Below, in pieces: positions 1-10,276 of a stretch of 64,000 bases of DNA (its first letter is position 1; every line of letters begins with the position of its first letter). This DNA comes from Planctomycetota bacterium. Lineage in GTDB: Bacteria > Planctomycetota > JAJSAM01 > JAJVHW01. Location of the stretch: positions 1,248,001-1,312,000 of the forward strand of contig CBDFJG010000003.1 of the NCBI GenBank assembly GCA_965248445.1, given 5' to 3'. Made by a program: the position numbers and the translations under genes. The notes under the pieces were generated by a model. The model did not search any database. It was not told where the DNA came from and was given only the letters and a program-made list of their open reading frames with translations.

Positions 1-794
1 TCCAGGCGCTCCTTGGCCGGTCCTGCGAAGACGGCGTGCGTCGCGGCGAGGTGCACCTCGCGCGCGCCGTGCTCGCGCAGGGCCCTGGCCGCCTCGCACA
101 TCGTGCCGGCGGTGGAGATCATGTCGTCGACGAGCAGGCATCGCTTGCCTTCGACGTCGCCGATGAGGTGGACGGCCTTCGTCGTGTCCGCCGCAACGCG
201 GCGCTTGTCCACGATCGCGAGCGGAACACCGAGGATCTTCGCGTACGCGCGCGCTTGCTTGATTCCGCCGACGTCCGGCGCGACCACGCATCCGTCCGTC
301 ATCCCGACCCAGCCGACCGACTCGAAGTGGTCGAGAAAGACCCGCGAGCCGTAGAGGTGATCCATCGGGATGTCGAAGAACCCCTGGATCTGGGGCGCGT
401 GCAGATCGAGCGCGACGACGCGGTCCGCGCCGGCACGCGTGATCAAGTTCGCCACCAGCTTCGCGCTGATGGGGACGCGTCCCTCGTCCTTGCGATCCTT
501 CCGGGCGTAGCCGAAGTACGGAACCACCGCCGTGACGCGCGCGGCCGAGGCCCGCCTGAGTGTGTCGATCAGGAGCAGGAGCTCCATGATGTTGTCGTTG
601 ACCGGCGGGCACGTGGGCTGAACCACGAACACGTCGCGTCCGCGCACGTCCTCCGCCACCTTGACGTCGATCTCGCCATCCGGGAATCGCTCGAGCGTCG
701 CCTCGCTCAGCTGAATGTCGAGACGACGGCAGACGCGCTCGGCGAGATCGCGGTTTGCGTTTCCCGTGAAGACCTGAAGAGGACCCAGGATCAT
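1..794 (-). CDS. prs: Ribose-phosphate pyrophosphokinase (partial, runs off window start)
   Basis: Minus strand reads MILGPLQVFTGNANRDLAERV...RFPDGEIDVKV...PYFGYARKDRK...DLHAPQIQGFFDIP...DDMISTAGT; ATG overlaps the glmU TGA (ATGA at 791-794). Confidence 0.95.
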   Translation of the reverse strand, partial: MILGPLQVFTGNANRDLAERVCRRLDIQLSEATLERFPDGEIDVKVAEDVRGRDVFVVQPTCPPVNDNIMELLLLIDTLRRASAARVTAVVPYFGYARKDRKDEGRVPISAKLVANLITRAGADRVVALDLHAPQIQGFFDIPMDHLYGSRVFLDHFESVGWVGMTDGCVVAPDVGGIKQARAYAKILGVPLAIVDKRRVAADTTKAVHLIGDVEGKRCLLVDDMISTAGTMCEAARALREHGAREVHLAATHAVFAGPAKERL

Positions 795-2077
795 CGCGAC
801 TTCCTCCGCTTCGTGCGCGTGCCGACGCTGCGCGCCGGTACGCCGACCACCGTGTCGCCCGGGGCGACGTCCTTGCCCGCGGTCACGACGGCACCCGCGC
901 CGGTGGTCGCTTTGCGACCCACGCGCACCGGTGCCACCAGGACCGTCCCGCTTCCGATGTGCACACCGTTCTCGATGACCGTGACGTGCTTGTTCTTGCC
1001 GTCGTAGTTCGCCGTGATCGTGCCGCAACCGATGTTCACGTCGGCGCCGATCACGGCATCGCCGAGGTATGTGAGGTGCTTCGCCTTGGAGCGCGCCCCG
1101 ATGCGGGTCTTCTTCGTCTCGACGAAATTGCCGACCTCGGCGCCGTCGGCCATCACCGTGCCCGGGCGGACGTGTGAGAACGGGCCGACCTCGCAACCCT
1201 TGCCGATCACCACACCGCTCTCGATGACGGTGCAGGGCAGGATGCGCGTGCCACGGCCGATCTTCACACCACAGTCCACGAACGTCGAGTTGGGATCGGC
1301 GACGTGGACCCCGCGCGCCATGAGGTCACCGAGGACGCGCTGCCGCATCCGTGTGGCCGCTTCGGCAAGCTCGGCGAACGTGTTCACCCCGAGCAGGTCG
1401 TCGCTGGTGCCGCGGGCCACGGCGCGGACGATCTTGCCGCGGCGCCGCAGGATCTCCGGGGCGTCCGTGAGGTAGTACTCGCCCTGCTTGTTGTTCGCCC
1501 TCACCGCGCGCAGCGCCGACCGCAGATCGTCCGCGTCGAACGCCATGATCCCCGAGTTGATCTCGCTGATCTTCCGCTCGTCCGCCGTGCAGTCCTTGTG
1601 TTCGCGGATCCCGATGAACGCGCCGCGTTCGCGCAGGATGCGGCCGTACTTCCCGCCGCCGCTCAGCTTCGCCGAGAGAATCGTCGCGGCAGCCTTGGTC
1701 TTGGCGTGCGACGAGAGCAGACCGCGCAGCGTCTCCTTGCGGAGGAGCGGGACGTCGCCGAGCAACACAAGCACGGTGCCGCGGTACTTCGCCAGGCGGC
1801 GCAACCCCACCTTGACAGCGTCCGCCGTGCCGCGGCGAACCGGCTGGTGCGCGAACTCGACGCCCGGCACGTCGGCGACTGCGCGCTCCACCTCGGTGCG
1901 CCCGTGCCCGACGACGATGACAATGCGCGTCGCGCCGGCAGCGCGCGCGGCCGCGGCCACGTGGCGCACCATCGGCCAGCCGCACACCTCGAACGAGACC
2001 TTGGGCCTCTCGCTCTTCATGCGCGTTCCCTGACCTGCCGCGAGGATGATCGCGGCCAGCTGGCGACGTCTCGGCAT
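791..2077 (-). CDS. glmU: Bifunctional UDP-GlcNAc pyrophosphorylase/glucosamine-1-P acetyltransferase
   Basis: LAAGQGTRMKS, EYYLTD, GNFVETKK, HLTYLGDA, NYDGKNKH; ATG at 2077 chosen, ORF is open to 2092. Confidence 0.95.
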   Translation of the reverse strand: MPRRRQLAAIILAAGQGTRMKSERPKVSFEVCGWPMVRHVAAAARAAGATRIVIVVGHGRTEVERAVADVPGVEFAHQPVRRGTADAVKVGLRRLAKYRGTVLVLLGDVPLLRKETLRGLLSSHAKTKAAATILSAKLSGGGKYGRILRERGAFIGIREHKDCTADERKISEINSGIMAFDADDLRSALRAVRANNKQGEYYLTDAPEILRRRGKIVRAVARGTSDDLLGVNTFAELAEAATRMRQRVLGDLMARGVHVADPNSTFVDCGVKIGRGTRILPCTVIESGVVIGKGCEVGPFSHVRPGTVMADGAEVGNFVETKKTRIGARSKAKHLTYLGDAVIGADVNIGCGTITANYDGKNKHVTVIENGVHIGSGTVLVAPVRVGRKATTGAGAVVTAGKDVAPGDTVVGVPARSVGTRTKRRKSR

Positions 2078-2418
2078 CAGCCTCTTTCGCACCGCAAACT
2101 CCGAAGTGCTCGGACTGCTCTGTCGAGAGCGTCCTCGCCGGAATTCGCTCGCAGCGTGGCCGGGGCATCGCTGCCGCGCGGGACGCTCTGTCGTGGACTC
2201 GAAATCCGGTCGGGGGTCGACCGGGGGGCCCGGACGACCGTCGTCCGGGACCGCGGAAGTTGGGGCTCCTGCGGAGAGGGGCGGAGCATACCCAGAGCCG
2301 CGGCCGCCCTGAAGAAGTCGGGCGCCGAAATCCGGCGCGCCACTCCTCCACTGCGGCGGTCCCTCTCAACAGCCTCCTGGGCACGGCGGCTGCGGGGTAC
2401 CCTCTCGCCGCCGACGGC

Positions 2419-2489
2419 TCCCCGGTGGTCTAACGGCAAGACAGTGGGTTTTGGTCCCTCTGATCCAGGTTCGAATCCTGGCCGGGGAT
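2419..2489 (+). tRNA. tRNA-Gln (anticodon TTG), CCA not encoded
   Basis: Acceptor TCCCCGG/CCGGGGA, D-arm GTC..GAC, anticodon loop TTTTGGT, T-arm CCAGG-TTCGAAT-CCTGG. Confidence 0.93.
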
Positions 2490-2563
2490 GCCCTCGGCGC
2501 CCGTCCACAGAGGAACGGGGGCGCCGAGGGATCGGGGGCGCAGAAGGACTGGGCGCCGGGGCG

Positions 2564-3805
2564 TCAGTTCAGCCGCCGGCGCACCAGGTCGAGGGCGCAC
2601 TTCACGGTCACTTCGCGCACGAGCGCGCGGTCGCCGGGCAGCACGACGCGCCGATGGGTCGTCCGGTCTTCGGAGGCCAGCGCCAGGTGCACCAACCCCA
2701 CCGGCTTCTCCGCGCCGCCGCCGCCCGGCCCGGCGATCCCGGTGACGGCTACGGCAAGGTCGGTTCGGAAGCGAGCGCGGGCGCCCTCGGCCATCGCCCG
2801 AGCGACTTCCTCGGAGACTGCGCCGGGGCCGCCGGGTCCCAGCAACGCCGCGGGCACGCCCATGAGACGCGTCTTCTCCTCGTTCGCATAAGTAACCACT
2901 CCGCCCGGGAACACGCGCGAGACACCCGGGATCGCCGTCAGCGCGCCGGCGAGCAGTCCGCCCGTGCAACTTTCGGCCGTGGAGAGCGTGGTCCCATCAG
3001 CGAGCAACCTGGCGGCGACCACCTCCGCGAGCGTTGCGCCGTCCGCACCGAACACCAGGCGACCCAGCCGCCGACGGATCTCGGCCTCGGCGTCGTCCAG
3101 CAACTCGTCGACGTCGGCCGCCTGCCCTTCGGCGTGCACGATCACGCGGATGGTCCCGCGGCCGGCAGTCGTCCCGATCCGTGGTCGCGCATCGCGGCCC
3201 ATGAGGTCCGCCAGCATCTCGCCGACGTGCGACTCGCGTTCGCCGAAGGTCTCGAGCGCCCGCGTGCGAACGACGCGGCGGTTCTCGCCGAGCAATTCAC
3301 GGACCCGCGGGATCACTTCGTCGTACAGCACGCCACGCATCTCGTTCGGCGGTCCGGGGAGCGCAAACAGATGGGCGTTACCCACGCGCACGAGGAACCC
3401 CGGAGCCGTGCCGTGTGCGTTCGGAAGCACGTCGGCGCCCTCGGGGAGGTCGGCTTGCAACAGATTGCTCTCGGGCATCTCGGCGCCGCGCGCCGCCCAG
3501 CGTTCGCGCAACCACTGCTCGACGCCGGCGTCGCGCCGGAGTTGCACGCCGGCGGCCGAGGCCGCAGCGCGGCGCGTGCAGTCGTCCTGTGTCGGCCCGA
3601 GGCCGCCACTCATCACGACCAGATCGGCCGCCTCGGCGGCGCGGCGGACCGCCGCTTCGAGGGCGTGCTCGTGATCGCCCACGAGCGTGACCCCCACGAC
3701 ACTCACCCCTTCGGCCGAGAGCGTCCGCGCGATCTCGGCCGCGTTTCTGTCTTGCGTGCGCCCGCGCACCAGCTCATCGCCCGTCGAGAGGATGTACGCC
3801 CTCAC
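2564..3805 (-). CDS. cinA: CinA competence/damage-inducible protein (MoCF domain plus PncC NMN deamidase)
   Basis: STGDELVRG, SGGLGPTQDD, LPGPPNEM, AESCTGG, GAVSEEVA, TGIAGPGGG; GTG overlaps the ychF stop. Confidence 0.93.
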   Translation of the reverse strand: MRAYILSTGDELVRGRTQDRNAAEIARTLSAEGVSVVGVTLVGDHEHALEAAVRRAAEAADLVVMSGGLGPTQDDCTRRAAASAAGVQLRRDAGVEQWLRERWAARGAEMPESNLLQADLPEGADVLPNAHGTAPGFLVRVGNAHLFALPGPPNEMRGVLYDEVIPRVRELLGENRRVVRTRALETFGERESHVGEMLADLMGRDARPRIGTTAGRGTIRVIVHAEGQAADVDELLDDAEAEIRRRLGRLVFGADGATLAEVVAARLLADGTTLSTAESCTGGLLAGALTAIPGVSRVFPGGVVTYANEEKTRLMGVPAALLGPGGPGAVSEEVARAMAEGARARFRTDLAVAVTGIAGPGGGGAEKPVGLVHLALASEDRTTHRRVVLPGDRALVREVTVKCALDLVRRRLN

Positions 3806-4860
3806 ACCGAGAAGCGGACGTTCATGATGTCGCCGTCCTGAACGACGTAGTCGCGCCCCTCGATGCGGAATCGTCCCGCCTTCTTGACGGCCGCCTCGTC
3901 GCCGCCCGCGGCGCGGAAGTCGTCGTACGCCGTCACCTCGGCGCGGATGAACCCGCGCTGCAGGTCCGTGTGGATCTTCCCCGCCGCTTCGACCGCCGGC
4001 GTACCGGCGCGGATCGGCCACGCGCGGACCTCGTCCTCGCCGGTGGTGAAGAAGGAGATCGTGCCGAGCGCGCGGAACGAGGCGGCGACCACGGACTCGC
4101 TGGCGAGAGACTCGAGGCCCAGATCCTCCATGAACATCGCGCGGTCGTCGGCGTCCAGTTCGGCCACCTCGGCCTCGAGCTTCGCCCGGACCGTGAGGCG
4201 CGCCTCGAACGGCCCTGCTACGGTCTCGAGCAGTTCCTCGCCGCCCTCGTCGGGCAACGACATCACGAGGATCCAGGGCTTCGAGGTCAGGAAGCGGAAG
4301 CCGCGCAGCAGCTTCTCCTCGGAGGAGTTCAGCTCGACCGACTTCGCCGGGAGCCCCTCCTCCAGTGCCGCCGTCACCCGCCGCAGGGCCGCGAGCTCCT
4401 GCTTCTCCAGGTCGGTCGCGTTGGGGCCCTTGCGCTCGAGCTTCTCGATGCGCCGCGCGGCGATCTCGAGATCCGCGAATGCCAGTTCGCTCGCGACGTG
4501 CGCCGCGTCCCTCGCCGGGTTGGGCGCGGGATCGGGATACGGGTAGGTCGGATCGGCGAACGCGCGGACGCACACGAGGATGCCCTCCGCCTCGCGCGCC
4601 AGCGCCAGCAGTTCCGAGAGCTTGACGCCGCTCGTCTCTCCCGCGTCGGGCAGTCCGGGGAAGTCGCACACCTCGAGCGCGACGGGCGTGTACTTGCGCG
4701 GATCGTGATGCTCCCGCAGCCACTCCAGTCGTTCGTCGCGCACGCGCACGACGGACACCGCAGGCTCGTTCGGCCGCTTGGGCTGCGGGACCTGCCCGGT
4801 GAAGGCGCCGAACAGGGTGCTCTTCCCGGCGCCGCGAGAACCAACGATCGCGAGCCTCAT
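3802..4860 (-). CDS. ychF: YchF/Obg-like ATPase
   Basis: GSRGAGKST, DFPGL, FFTTGEDEVRAW, AGKIHTDLQRGFIRAEV, EGRDYVVQDGD. Confidence 0.9.
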   Translation of the reverse strand: MRLAIVGSRGAGKSTLFGAFTGQVPQPKRPNEPAVSVVRVRDERLEWLREHHDPRKYTPVALEVCDFPGLPDAGETSGVKLSELLALAREAEGILVCVRAFADPTYPYPDPAPNPARDAAHVASELAFADLEIAARRIEKLERKGPNATDLEKQELAALRRVTAALEEGLPAKSVELNSSEEKLLRGFRFLTSKPWILVMSLPDEGGEELLETVAGPFEARLTVRAKLEAEVAELDADDRAMFMEDLGLESLASESVVAASFRALGTISFFTTGEDEVRAWPIRAGTPAVEAAGKIHTDLQRGFIRAEVTAYDDFRAAGGDEAAVKKAGRFRIEGRDYVVQDGDIMNVRFSV

Positions 4861-5654
4861 GAGGTGGTCTCCGCCGCTCGCGCGGCCTCCTTCTTCTCGG
4901 CCCGCCGCTGCAGGATGCGGCACAGCACGAGTCCGACTTCGAACAGAACGACGATCGGGATCATCGTGAGTCCCAGGGTGACGGCATCACCCGTCGGAGT
5001 GAGCACCGCCGCCACGACGGCGCTGCCGACCACGAAGTGCCGGCGGTACGCCGCCATGGTCCGCCAGTCCGTCAGCCCCATCATCTGCGCGATCAGCATG
5101 ACGAGCGGCAACTGAAACGCGACGCCGTTGATGAACAGCATCCCGAGCCACAGTCCGAACCACTCACCGATGTCCGGCATCATCTGCACGCGGATGTCAC
5201 CCGCGTAGCCAACGAAGAACTTCAACATCACCGGCTGCACGACGAAGTAGAAGAACGCGCCGCCCGCGGCGAACAGCAGGTAGCTGAACGGCGCGAAGAT
5301 GGAGAGCGCGCGGCGCTCCCGCCTGTACAGGCCGGTTGCGACGAACTTCCAGAGCTCGCGCAACGCGAACGGCCCCGACACGAAGAACCCGAGCACCAGG
5401 CACGCTTTCAGGGCCACGAAGAACGGCCCCTCGAGGCTGGTCGAGATCACGTTCCCGGCCTGTTCCTCGCCGAGGACCTCGAGGAGAGGCTGCTGGATGA
5501 CCCAGATGACCTCCTTGTAGTAGACGATCGGAACGACCGCGCCGACCCCGAGCCAAATGATGGCCCAGACGAGTCGCTTGCGGAGCTCGTCGAGGTGCTC
5601 GCCGAGACTCATCGGACGATCGTCCTCGGGCGGCGGCTTCTCCTCGTCTGCCAT
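4857..5654 (-). CDS. tatC: Twin-arginine translocase subunit TatC
   Basis: MSLGEHLDELRKRL, LWKFVATGLY, FQLP, AAVLTPTGD; multiple hydrophobic segments. Confidence 0.95.
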   Translation of the reverse strand: MADEEKPPPEDDRPMSLGEHLDELRKRLVWAIIWLGVGAVVPIVYYKEVIWVIQQPLLEVLGEEQAGNVISTSLEGPFFVALKACLVLGFFVSGPFALRELWKFVATGLYRRERRALSIFAPFSYLLFAAGGAFFYFVVQPVMLKFFVGYAGDIRVQMMPDIGEWFGLWLGMLFINGVAFQLPLVMLIAQMMGLTDWRTMAAYRRHFVVGSAVVAAVLTPTGDAVTLGLTMIPIVVLFEVGLVLCRILQRRAEKKEAARAAETTS

Positions 5655-5733
5655 GCGGGGAATCTATCTCTCGTTCAGCGCCGCGGCCGGGAATCGAGAA
5701 GCCCCGGCCGAGAAGTCGCCCGCTGAGAATCGA

Positions 5734-5765
5734 GAAGGCACCTGCCGCAAGCGGCAGGTGCCTTC
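5734..5765 (-). terminator. Perfect hairpin, probable terminator of the 5783-7072 gene
   Basis: GAAGGCACCTGCCGC-AA-GCGGCAGGTGCCTTC, 18 nt after the stop; weak U-tail. Confidence 0.65.
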
Positions 5766-5782
5766 GTGTCGTCGGGATCGGA

Positions 5783-7072
5783 TCAGAGACTCGTGAACGA
5801 CGCCAGCTGTTCCTCGGTGAGGATCGTGGTGCCGTACTGCATCGCTTTCTTGTACGCGTCGGTCGCTTCGAGGTTCTCGCCGCCGGGGCCCGGCGATCCG
5901 AGCACCAGATAGTGCGTCAGCGTGGAGACCTCGTCGTCCACCTTCGCGCCGATCGACTCGAGGCGCGACTCGATCATCGACTTGCCCATGGCATGGAACT
6001 CGCCCAGCAGGAAGAAGCGCATCTGACGGTTCGGCGAGTACGCAGCGCTCTGCACCAGGTCGCCTTCGACGATGGGGTCGGCGCGGGAGCTGAGCTCCAT
6101 CACCGCGGCCCGCGACATGGTCTCGTCGACCATCGTCACGCGGACGACGCCCTTCACATACATTGCGCCGCCCTTCTTGCGGCCGAGGACCGTGAAGGTC
6201 GTGCCGGGCATGAGCAGGTTGCGCTTGCCGAGGTTCACCCAAGCGGTGCCGTCACGCGCGGCCAGGACCTCTCCGTCGGGGCCCTCGGACGCGTACGGCT
6301 TCTCGCGGTCGACGAGCGTCTTCACCTCGCCCTGACCCTGAGCAACCTTGTTCTCGAGCTGCGCGATCTGGCCCTCGGCCTGCGTGCGGAACTCCTCGAG
6401 CTCCGTGCGTGCCGAGTCGACCTGCGCCTCGAGCGTCGAGATCTGCTCGCGCAGCTCGCTGCCCTGCTGCGCCAGGTTGGCCTGCAATGCCTGGATCTGC
6501 GACTGGCGCTCGGAGATGGCCTGATCCTTCGCGGACAACTCGCCCGCGTGCGCCGTGATCAGCGTGCCCTTTTCTGTGTCCGTCGCGGCGCGCATCGCCC
6601 CCTGGTTCTGGATGTCGGCCTGCATGCGCTTGATCGCATCGACGATCAGCGGGAAGAGACCCTCGAGCGTCAGGTTCTCGCCGTTCAACTCGGCGGCCGG
6701 CGGGAAGTACGCGACCTTGATCTTGCCGTCGTTGAGCTGCTCGACACGACCACCCTGTCCGGTCGCGCTGAACTTGTTGCTGTCCGTCTCGAACGTCAGC
6801 TGCTCGCCGGTCTGCGTCACGAACTCCTGGATCCGTGCGCGTGCCTTCGCACCGTCGGGGCGCGGAAGCGACTCGTGGTGGAATCCGACGTCTTCGCGCA
6901 AGAGGTCGAGCGCCTCGTCGAAGCCGCGAGCTTTCTCGGTGGCTTCGGTCGCCCTGGTCGTTGCGGTGCGCAGGCTGTTCTTCAGATCGTCTTGATCCTT
7001 CGAAGCCTCGTACCACATGAACGTCATCACCAGCAGGGCGACGAGCGTGATCACAAATGGCCAGTACGACAT
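5783..7072 (-). CDS. Membrane-anchored coiled-coil protein with beta-barrel-like domain and C-terminal BRCT-like domain
   Basis: N-terminal TM helix, heptad-rich middle, C-terminus FFLLGEF...LESIGAKVDDEVSTLTHYLVLG...KAMQYGTTILTEEQL resembles BRCT. Confidence 0.75.
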   Translation of the reverse strand: MSYWPFVITLVALLVMTFMWYEASKDQDDLKNSLRTATTRATEATEKARGFDEALDLLREDVGFHHESLPRPDGAKARARIQEFVTQTGEQLTFETDSNKFSATGQGGRVEQLNDGKIKVAYFPPAAELNGENLTLEGLFPLIVDAIKRMQADIQNQGAMRAATDTEKGTLITAHAGELSAKDQAISERQSQIQALQANLAQQGSELREQISTLEAQVDSARTELEEFRTQAEGQIAQLENKVAQGQGEVKTLVDREKPYASEGPDGEVLAARDGTAWVNLGKRNLLMPGTTFTVLGRKKGGAMYVKGVVRVTMVDETMSRAAVMELSSRADPIVEGDLVQSAAYSPNRQMRFFLLGEFHAMGKSMIESRLESIGAKVDDEVSTLTHYLVLGSPGPGGENLEATDAYKKAMQYGTTILTEEQLASFTSL

Positions 7073-7388
7073 GCCTCGTTCGCGTGCCCGGATCATCTGA
7101 ATTCCTCCCAGCGGCGCAGCCGATTCGGCAGCCGTGTATGACCAAACTGCCCTCGCGGATGACCCGCGAGAGCGGAGAGCAGATCACGGGTACCCAACGA
7201 AGGTCTCTTCCGGACATGCCCCGCCCGGCCGGACCGATGGCCCCGCAGGCAGCAAAGGTAGCTCCGGCTTTTCGGCACGGTCAACGAAAAAGGTCATCTG
7301 CGCTAGAGGGCGCAGGGGGGGGCCAAGTCACGATATGACAGGCACTTCCGCGCACAACGGGGATCCAGGGCGAAAGACCAGGCCGAGG

Positions 7389-7417
7389 TTGACACCGTAG
7401 CGCCCCGAGCCTAGGGT
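7389..7417 (+). promoter_or_regulatory. Sigma70-type promoter of coaE-rho
   Basis: TTGACA-N17-TAGGGT. Confidence 0.7.
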
Positions 7418-7622
7418 CACAGGCTGCGGAGGAGACCCCTCCTCCCTGCCGCTCCCTAAGGCTGTCTCGATGGGGAGCGGCCCCTCGCGCACGCCGCGGC
7501 CCCGATCCCACTCGTGCCGGCTCGACCCGGCAGCCGGATCGGCGCAGCGGGCATCTCGTGCGGGGAGCACCCCCCACCGCCGAATTCCACCGCCGCGGCC
7601 CCTCTGGACCGCCCGGAGACGC

Positions 7623-8288
7623 ATGCCCGAGAGCACTCACGATGCGCGACCACAGCCGCCCGTGATCGGACTGACCGGTCCGGTCGCTGCCGGGAAGTCC
7701 ACGGCCGCGCGCCTGCTCGCCGCCGCGGAGTGCCACGTGATCGACGTGGACGCACTCGGACACCTCGCCCTCGGCCACCCCGAGGTCGTCGCGGCCGTGC
7801 GCCGGCTGTTCGGCGACGCGGTGGTCGGTCCGGATGGACGGCTGGAACACGCGGCCGTGGCCGCCCGCGTGTTCGAGGACGACGAGGCACTGCGCGAACT
7901 CGAGGCGATCGTGCACCCGAGGGTGCGCGAGGATCTGGCCGACGCGCTCTCCCATGCGCTGGCGCGACGGCCGCGAGCCGTCGTGATCGACGCGGCCCTC
8001 CTGTTCGAGGGCGGGCTGGACGATCTCTGTGACGAGACCGTCTGCGTGGATGCGCCGGCCACGCTGCGGCGGACGAGGGCCCGGACGGGCCGGGGCTGGA
8101 GCGACGACGAGGTGGAGCGCCGCGAGGCGCAGCAGCTCGCCGCCGACGAGAAGCGGAGCCGCGCGTCGCGCGTGCTCGAGAACGACGGCGACCTCGCTGC
8201 ATTGCAGCGTGCCGTCCAGGACGTGTTGCGTGAGATCGCGCCACTGCCGGTTGCGGCCGTGCGCGGCGACGCGGAGGATGATCGATGA
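7623..8288 (+). CDS. coaE: Dephospho-CoA kinase
   Basis: [40 protein letters not shown]. Confidence 0.95.
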   Translation: MPESTHDARPQPPVIGLTGPVAAGKSTAARLLAAAECHVIDVDALGHLALGHPEVVAAVRRLFGDAVVGPDGRLEHAAVAARVFEDDEALRELEAIVHPRVREDLADALSHALARRPRAVVIDAALLFEGGLDDLCDETVCVDAPATLRRTRARTGRGWSDDEVERREAQQLAADEKRSRASRVLENDGDLAALQRAVQDVLREIAPLPVAAVRGDAEDDR

Positions 8289-9925
8289 GTGACCGGGCGA
8301 AGAAGCCGACCAGGAAGCGGACGGGCAGCGGGCGCAGGCCGTCGGGACGACGCCGCGCGCCGGCGGGCGACAAGGAGGCCGGCGGCAGCGAGTTCGGGGC
8401 CGACCTCGACGTCGCGTCGTCGCGCGACGACGCGCCCGACGGTGACCGCGGCACGGAATCCGAAGAGCCGGCCGCCCGGGCAGACGACGCCCGCGTCGCA
8501 GTCGCCGCAGGAGCGGCGCAGCCCGCACCGAGCGAGGAAGAGGGCGGCGGCCGCCGTCGGCAGCCCGCGCGACGCCGCGGCCGGCGCGGCAAACGGCATC
8601 AGTACGAGGGACTGCCATCGGACGACGACGAGTCGGAGTGGGCGGACTACGAGCCGAACACCGATCGCCCGGCCCTCAACATCGGTGACCTGCAGCGCCT
8701 GCCCATGGCGGATGTCCACCGCAAGGCCGTCGCCGAGGGCATCGAGGACTTCCACGGCCTGAAGAAGCAGGAGCTGATCTTCCGCATCCTGCGCCACAAG
8801 ATCGCGCAACGCGACCTCGTCTACGGCGAGGGCGTCCTCGAGGTTCTCCCCGACGGGTTCGGGTTCCTCCGCTCGCCCTGGTACAGCTACACGGCAGCGC
8901 CGGACGACATCTACGTCTCGCCGTCGCAGATCCGGCGCTTCAACCTCTGCACCGGACAGCAGGTGATGGGACCGATCCGGCCCCCCAAGTCCAACGAGCG
9001 CTACTTCGCCCTGTTGCGCGTCGAGAAGATCGACGACCACGCGCACGATGAGCTCCCGCAACGCGTCGTGTTCGACGACTTCGTGCCGCTCTATCCGGAG
9101 CAGCGGCTGATCATGGAGACCATCCCCACGGGTATGGAGATGCGCGTGATGGACATCATCACGCCCATCGGAAAGGGGCAGCGCGGCCTCATCGTCTCAC
9201 CGCCCCGCGCGGGCAAGACGATCATCCTCCAGAAGATCGCCGACTCGATCGCGACGAACCACCCGGAGTGTCACCTCATCGTGCTGCTCATCGACGAGCG
9301 CCCCGAAGAAGTGACCGACATGTCGCGGAGCGTGAAGGGCGAGGTCGTCTCGTCGACGTTCGACGAGCCCGCGTCGCGCCACGTGCAAGTGATGGAGATG
9401 GTGCTCCAGCGCGCGAAGCGACTCGTCGAGTACGGCAAGGACGTCGTGATCCTGCTCGACTCGATCACACGCCTGGCGCGCGCCTACAACACCGAGGTCC
9501 CCCACTCGGGCAAGATCCTGTCGGGCGGCGTCGATGCCAACGCGCTGCAACGGCCGAAGCGCTTCTTCGGCGCGGCGCGCAACTGCGAGGACGGCGGCTC
9601 CCTGACGATCCTCGGCACCGCCCTCATCGAGACGGGCTCGCGCATGGACGAGGTCATCTACGAGGAGTTCAAGGGCACCGGCAACATGGAGTTGCACCTC
9701 GAGCGGAAGCTCGCGGACAAGCGCATCTTCCCGGCCATCGACATCACGCGGTCGGGCACGCGCAAGGAAGAGCTCCTGCTGGACCCGGACGAGCTCAAGC
9801 GCGTCTGGATTCTCCGCAAGGTGCTGAACGACATGAACCCGGGCGACGCGATGGAACTCCTCAAGGAGAAGATCGGGAAGACCAACTCGAACCCGGAGTT
9901 CCTGTTCGCGCTGAATCTCGCTTAG
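8285..9925 (+). CDS. rho: Transcription termination factor Rho with low-complexity N-terminal extension
   Basis: [64 protein letters not shown]. Confidence 0.98.
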   Translation: MSDRAKKPTRKRTGSGRRPSGRRRAPAGDKEAGGSEFGADLDVASSRDDAPDGDRGTESEEPAARADDARVAVAAGAAQPAPSEEEGGGRRRQPARRRGRRGKRHQYEGLPSDDDESEWADYEPNTDRPALNIGDLQRLPMADVHRKAVAEGIEDFHGLKKQELIFRILRHKIAQRDLVYGEGVLEVLPDGFGFLRSPWYSYTAAPDDIYVSPSQIRRFNLCTGQQVMGPIRPPKSNERYFALLRVEKIDDHAHDELPQRVVFDDFVPLYPEQRLIMETIPTGMEMRVMDIITPIGKGQRGLIVSPPRAGKTIILQKIADSIATNHPECHLIVLLIDERPEEVTDMSRSVKGEVVSSTFDEPASRHVQVMEMVLQRAKRLVEYGKDVVILLDSITRLARAYNTEVPHSGKILSGGVDANALQRPKRFFGAARNCEDGGSLTILGTALIETGSRMDEVIYEEFKGTGNMELHLERKLADKRIFPAIDITRSGTRKEELLLDPDELKRVWILRKVLNDMNPGDAMELLKEKIGKTNSNPEFLFALNLA

Positions 9926-9930
9926 CCCGG

Positions 9931-10276
9931 CACTCGGATCGCGTAGCGATCCTCGCGCCGTGCAGCGAGATTGTGTCTCCCTCCTACGCGGTCTCCGACC
10001 GCTACGGAGGGCGTCGGTCACGGCGCGTGCTTCGCACGCCCCGCGCCCTCGCTATTCACGCGACGAGGACGAACCCACTACACGGGCGGGCCGCTGCGCC
10101 CCGCCCGCGACCGTGTGGAGATCGACGCAGAGCAGGAGGCCGCGCCCCGTCCGTAGCGTCCGGAGGACGCGTAGGAGGGAGACAACATCGCGCCGTCAGG
10201 CGCGCGGTCGTGGCGCGTGGATCGCAGCGCGATCCTCGTGACGCGACCGAGGTGGCACGCTCTGCGTGCCACCTAC
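9931..10276. repeat. Nested inverted-repeat element built from GTAG-type REP-like hairpins
   Basis: 9974-10008 vs reverse complement of 10150-10184 is 31/35; 9931-9959 vs reverse complement of 10212-10240 is 24/29; extra hairpin at 10251-10273. Confidence 0.8.

Noticed and set aside
2379..2393. GG-N10-GC sigma54-like site before tRNA-Gln
   Set aside because: Lacks the TGG and TTGC context; likely chance at this GC content
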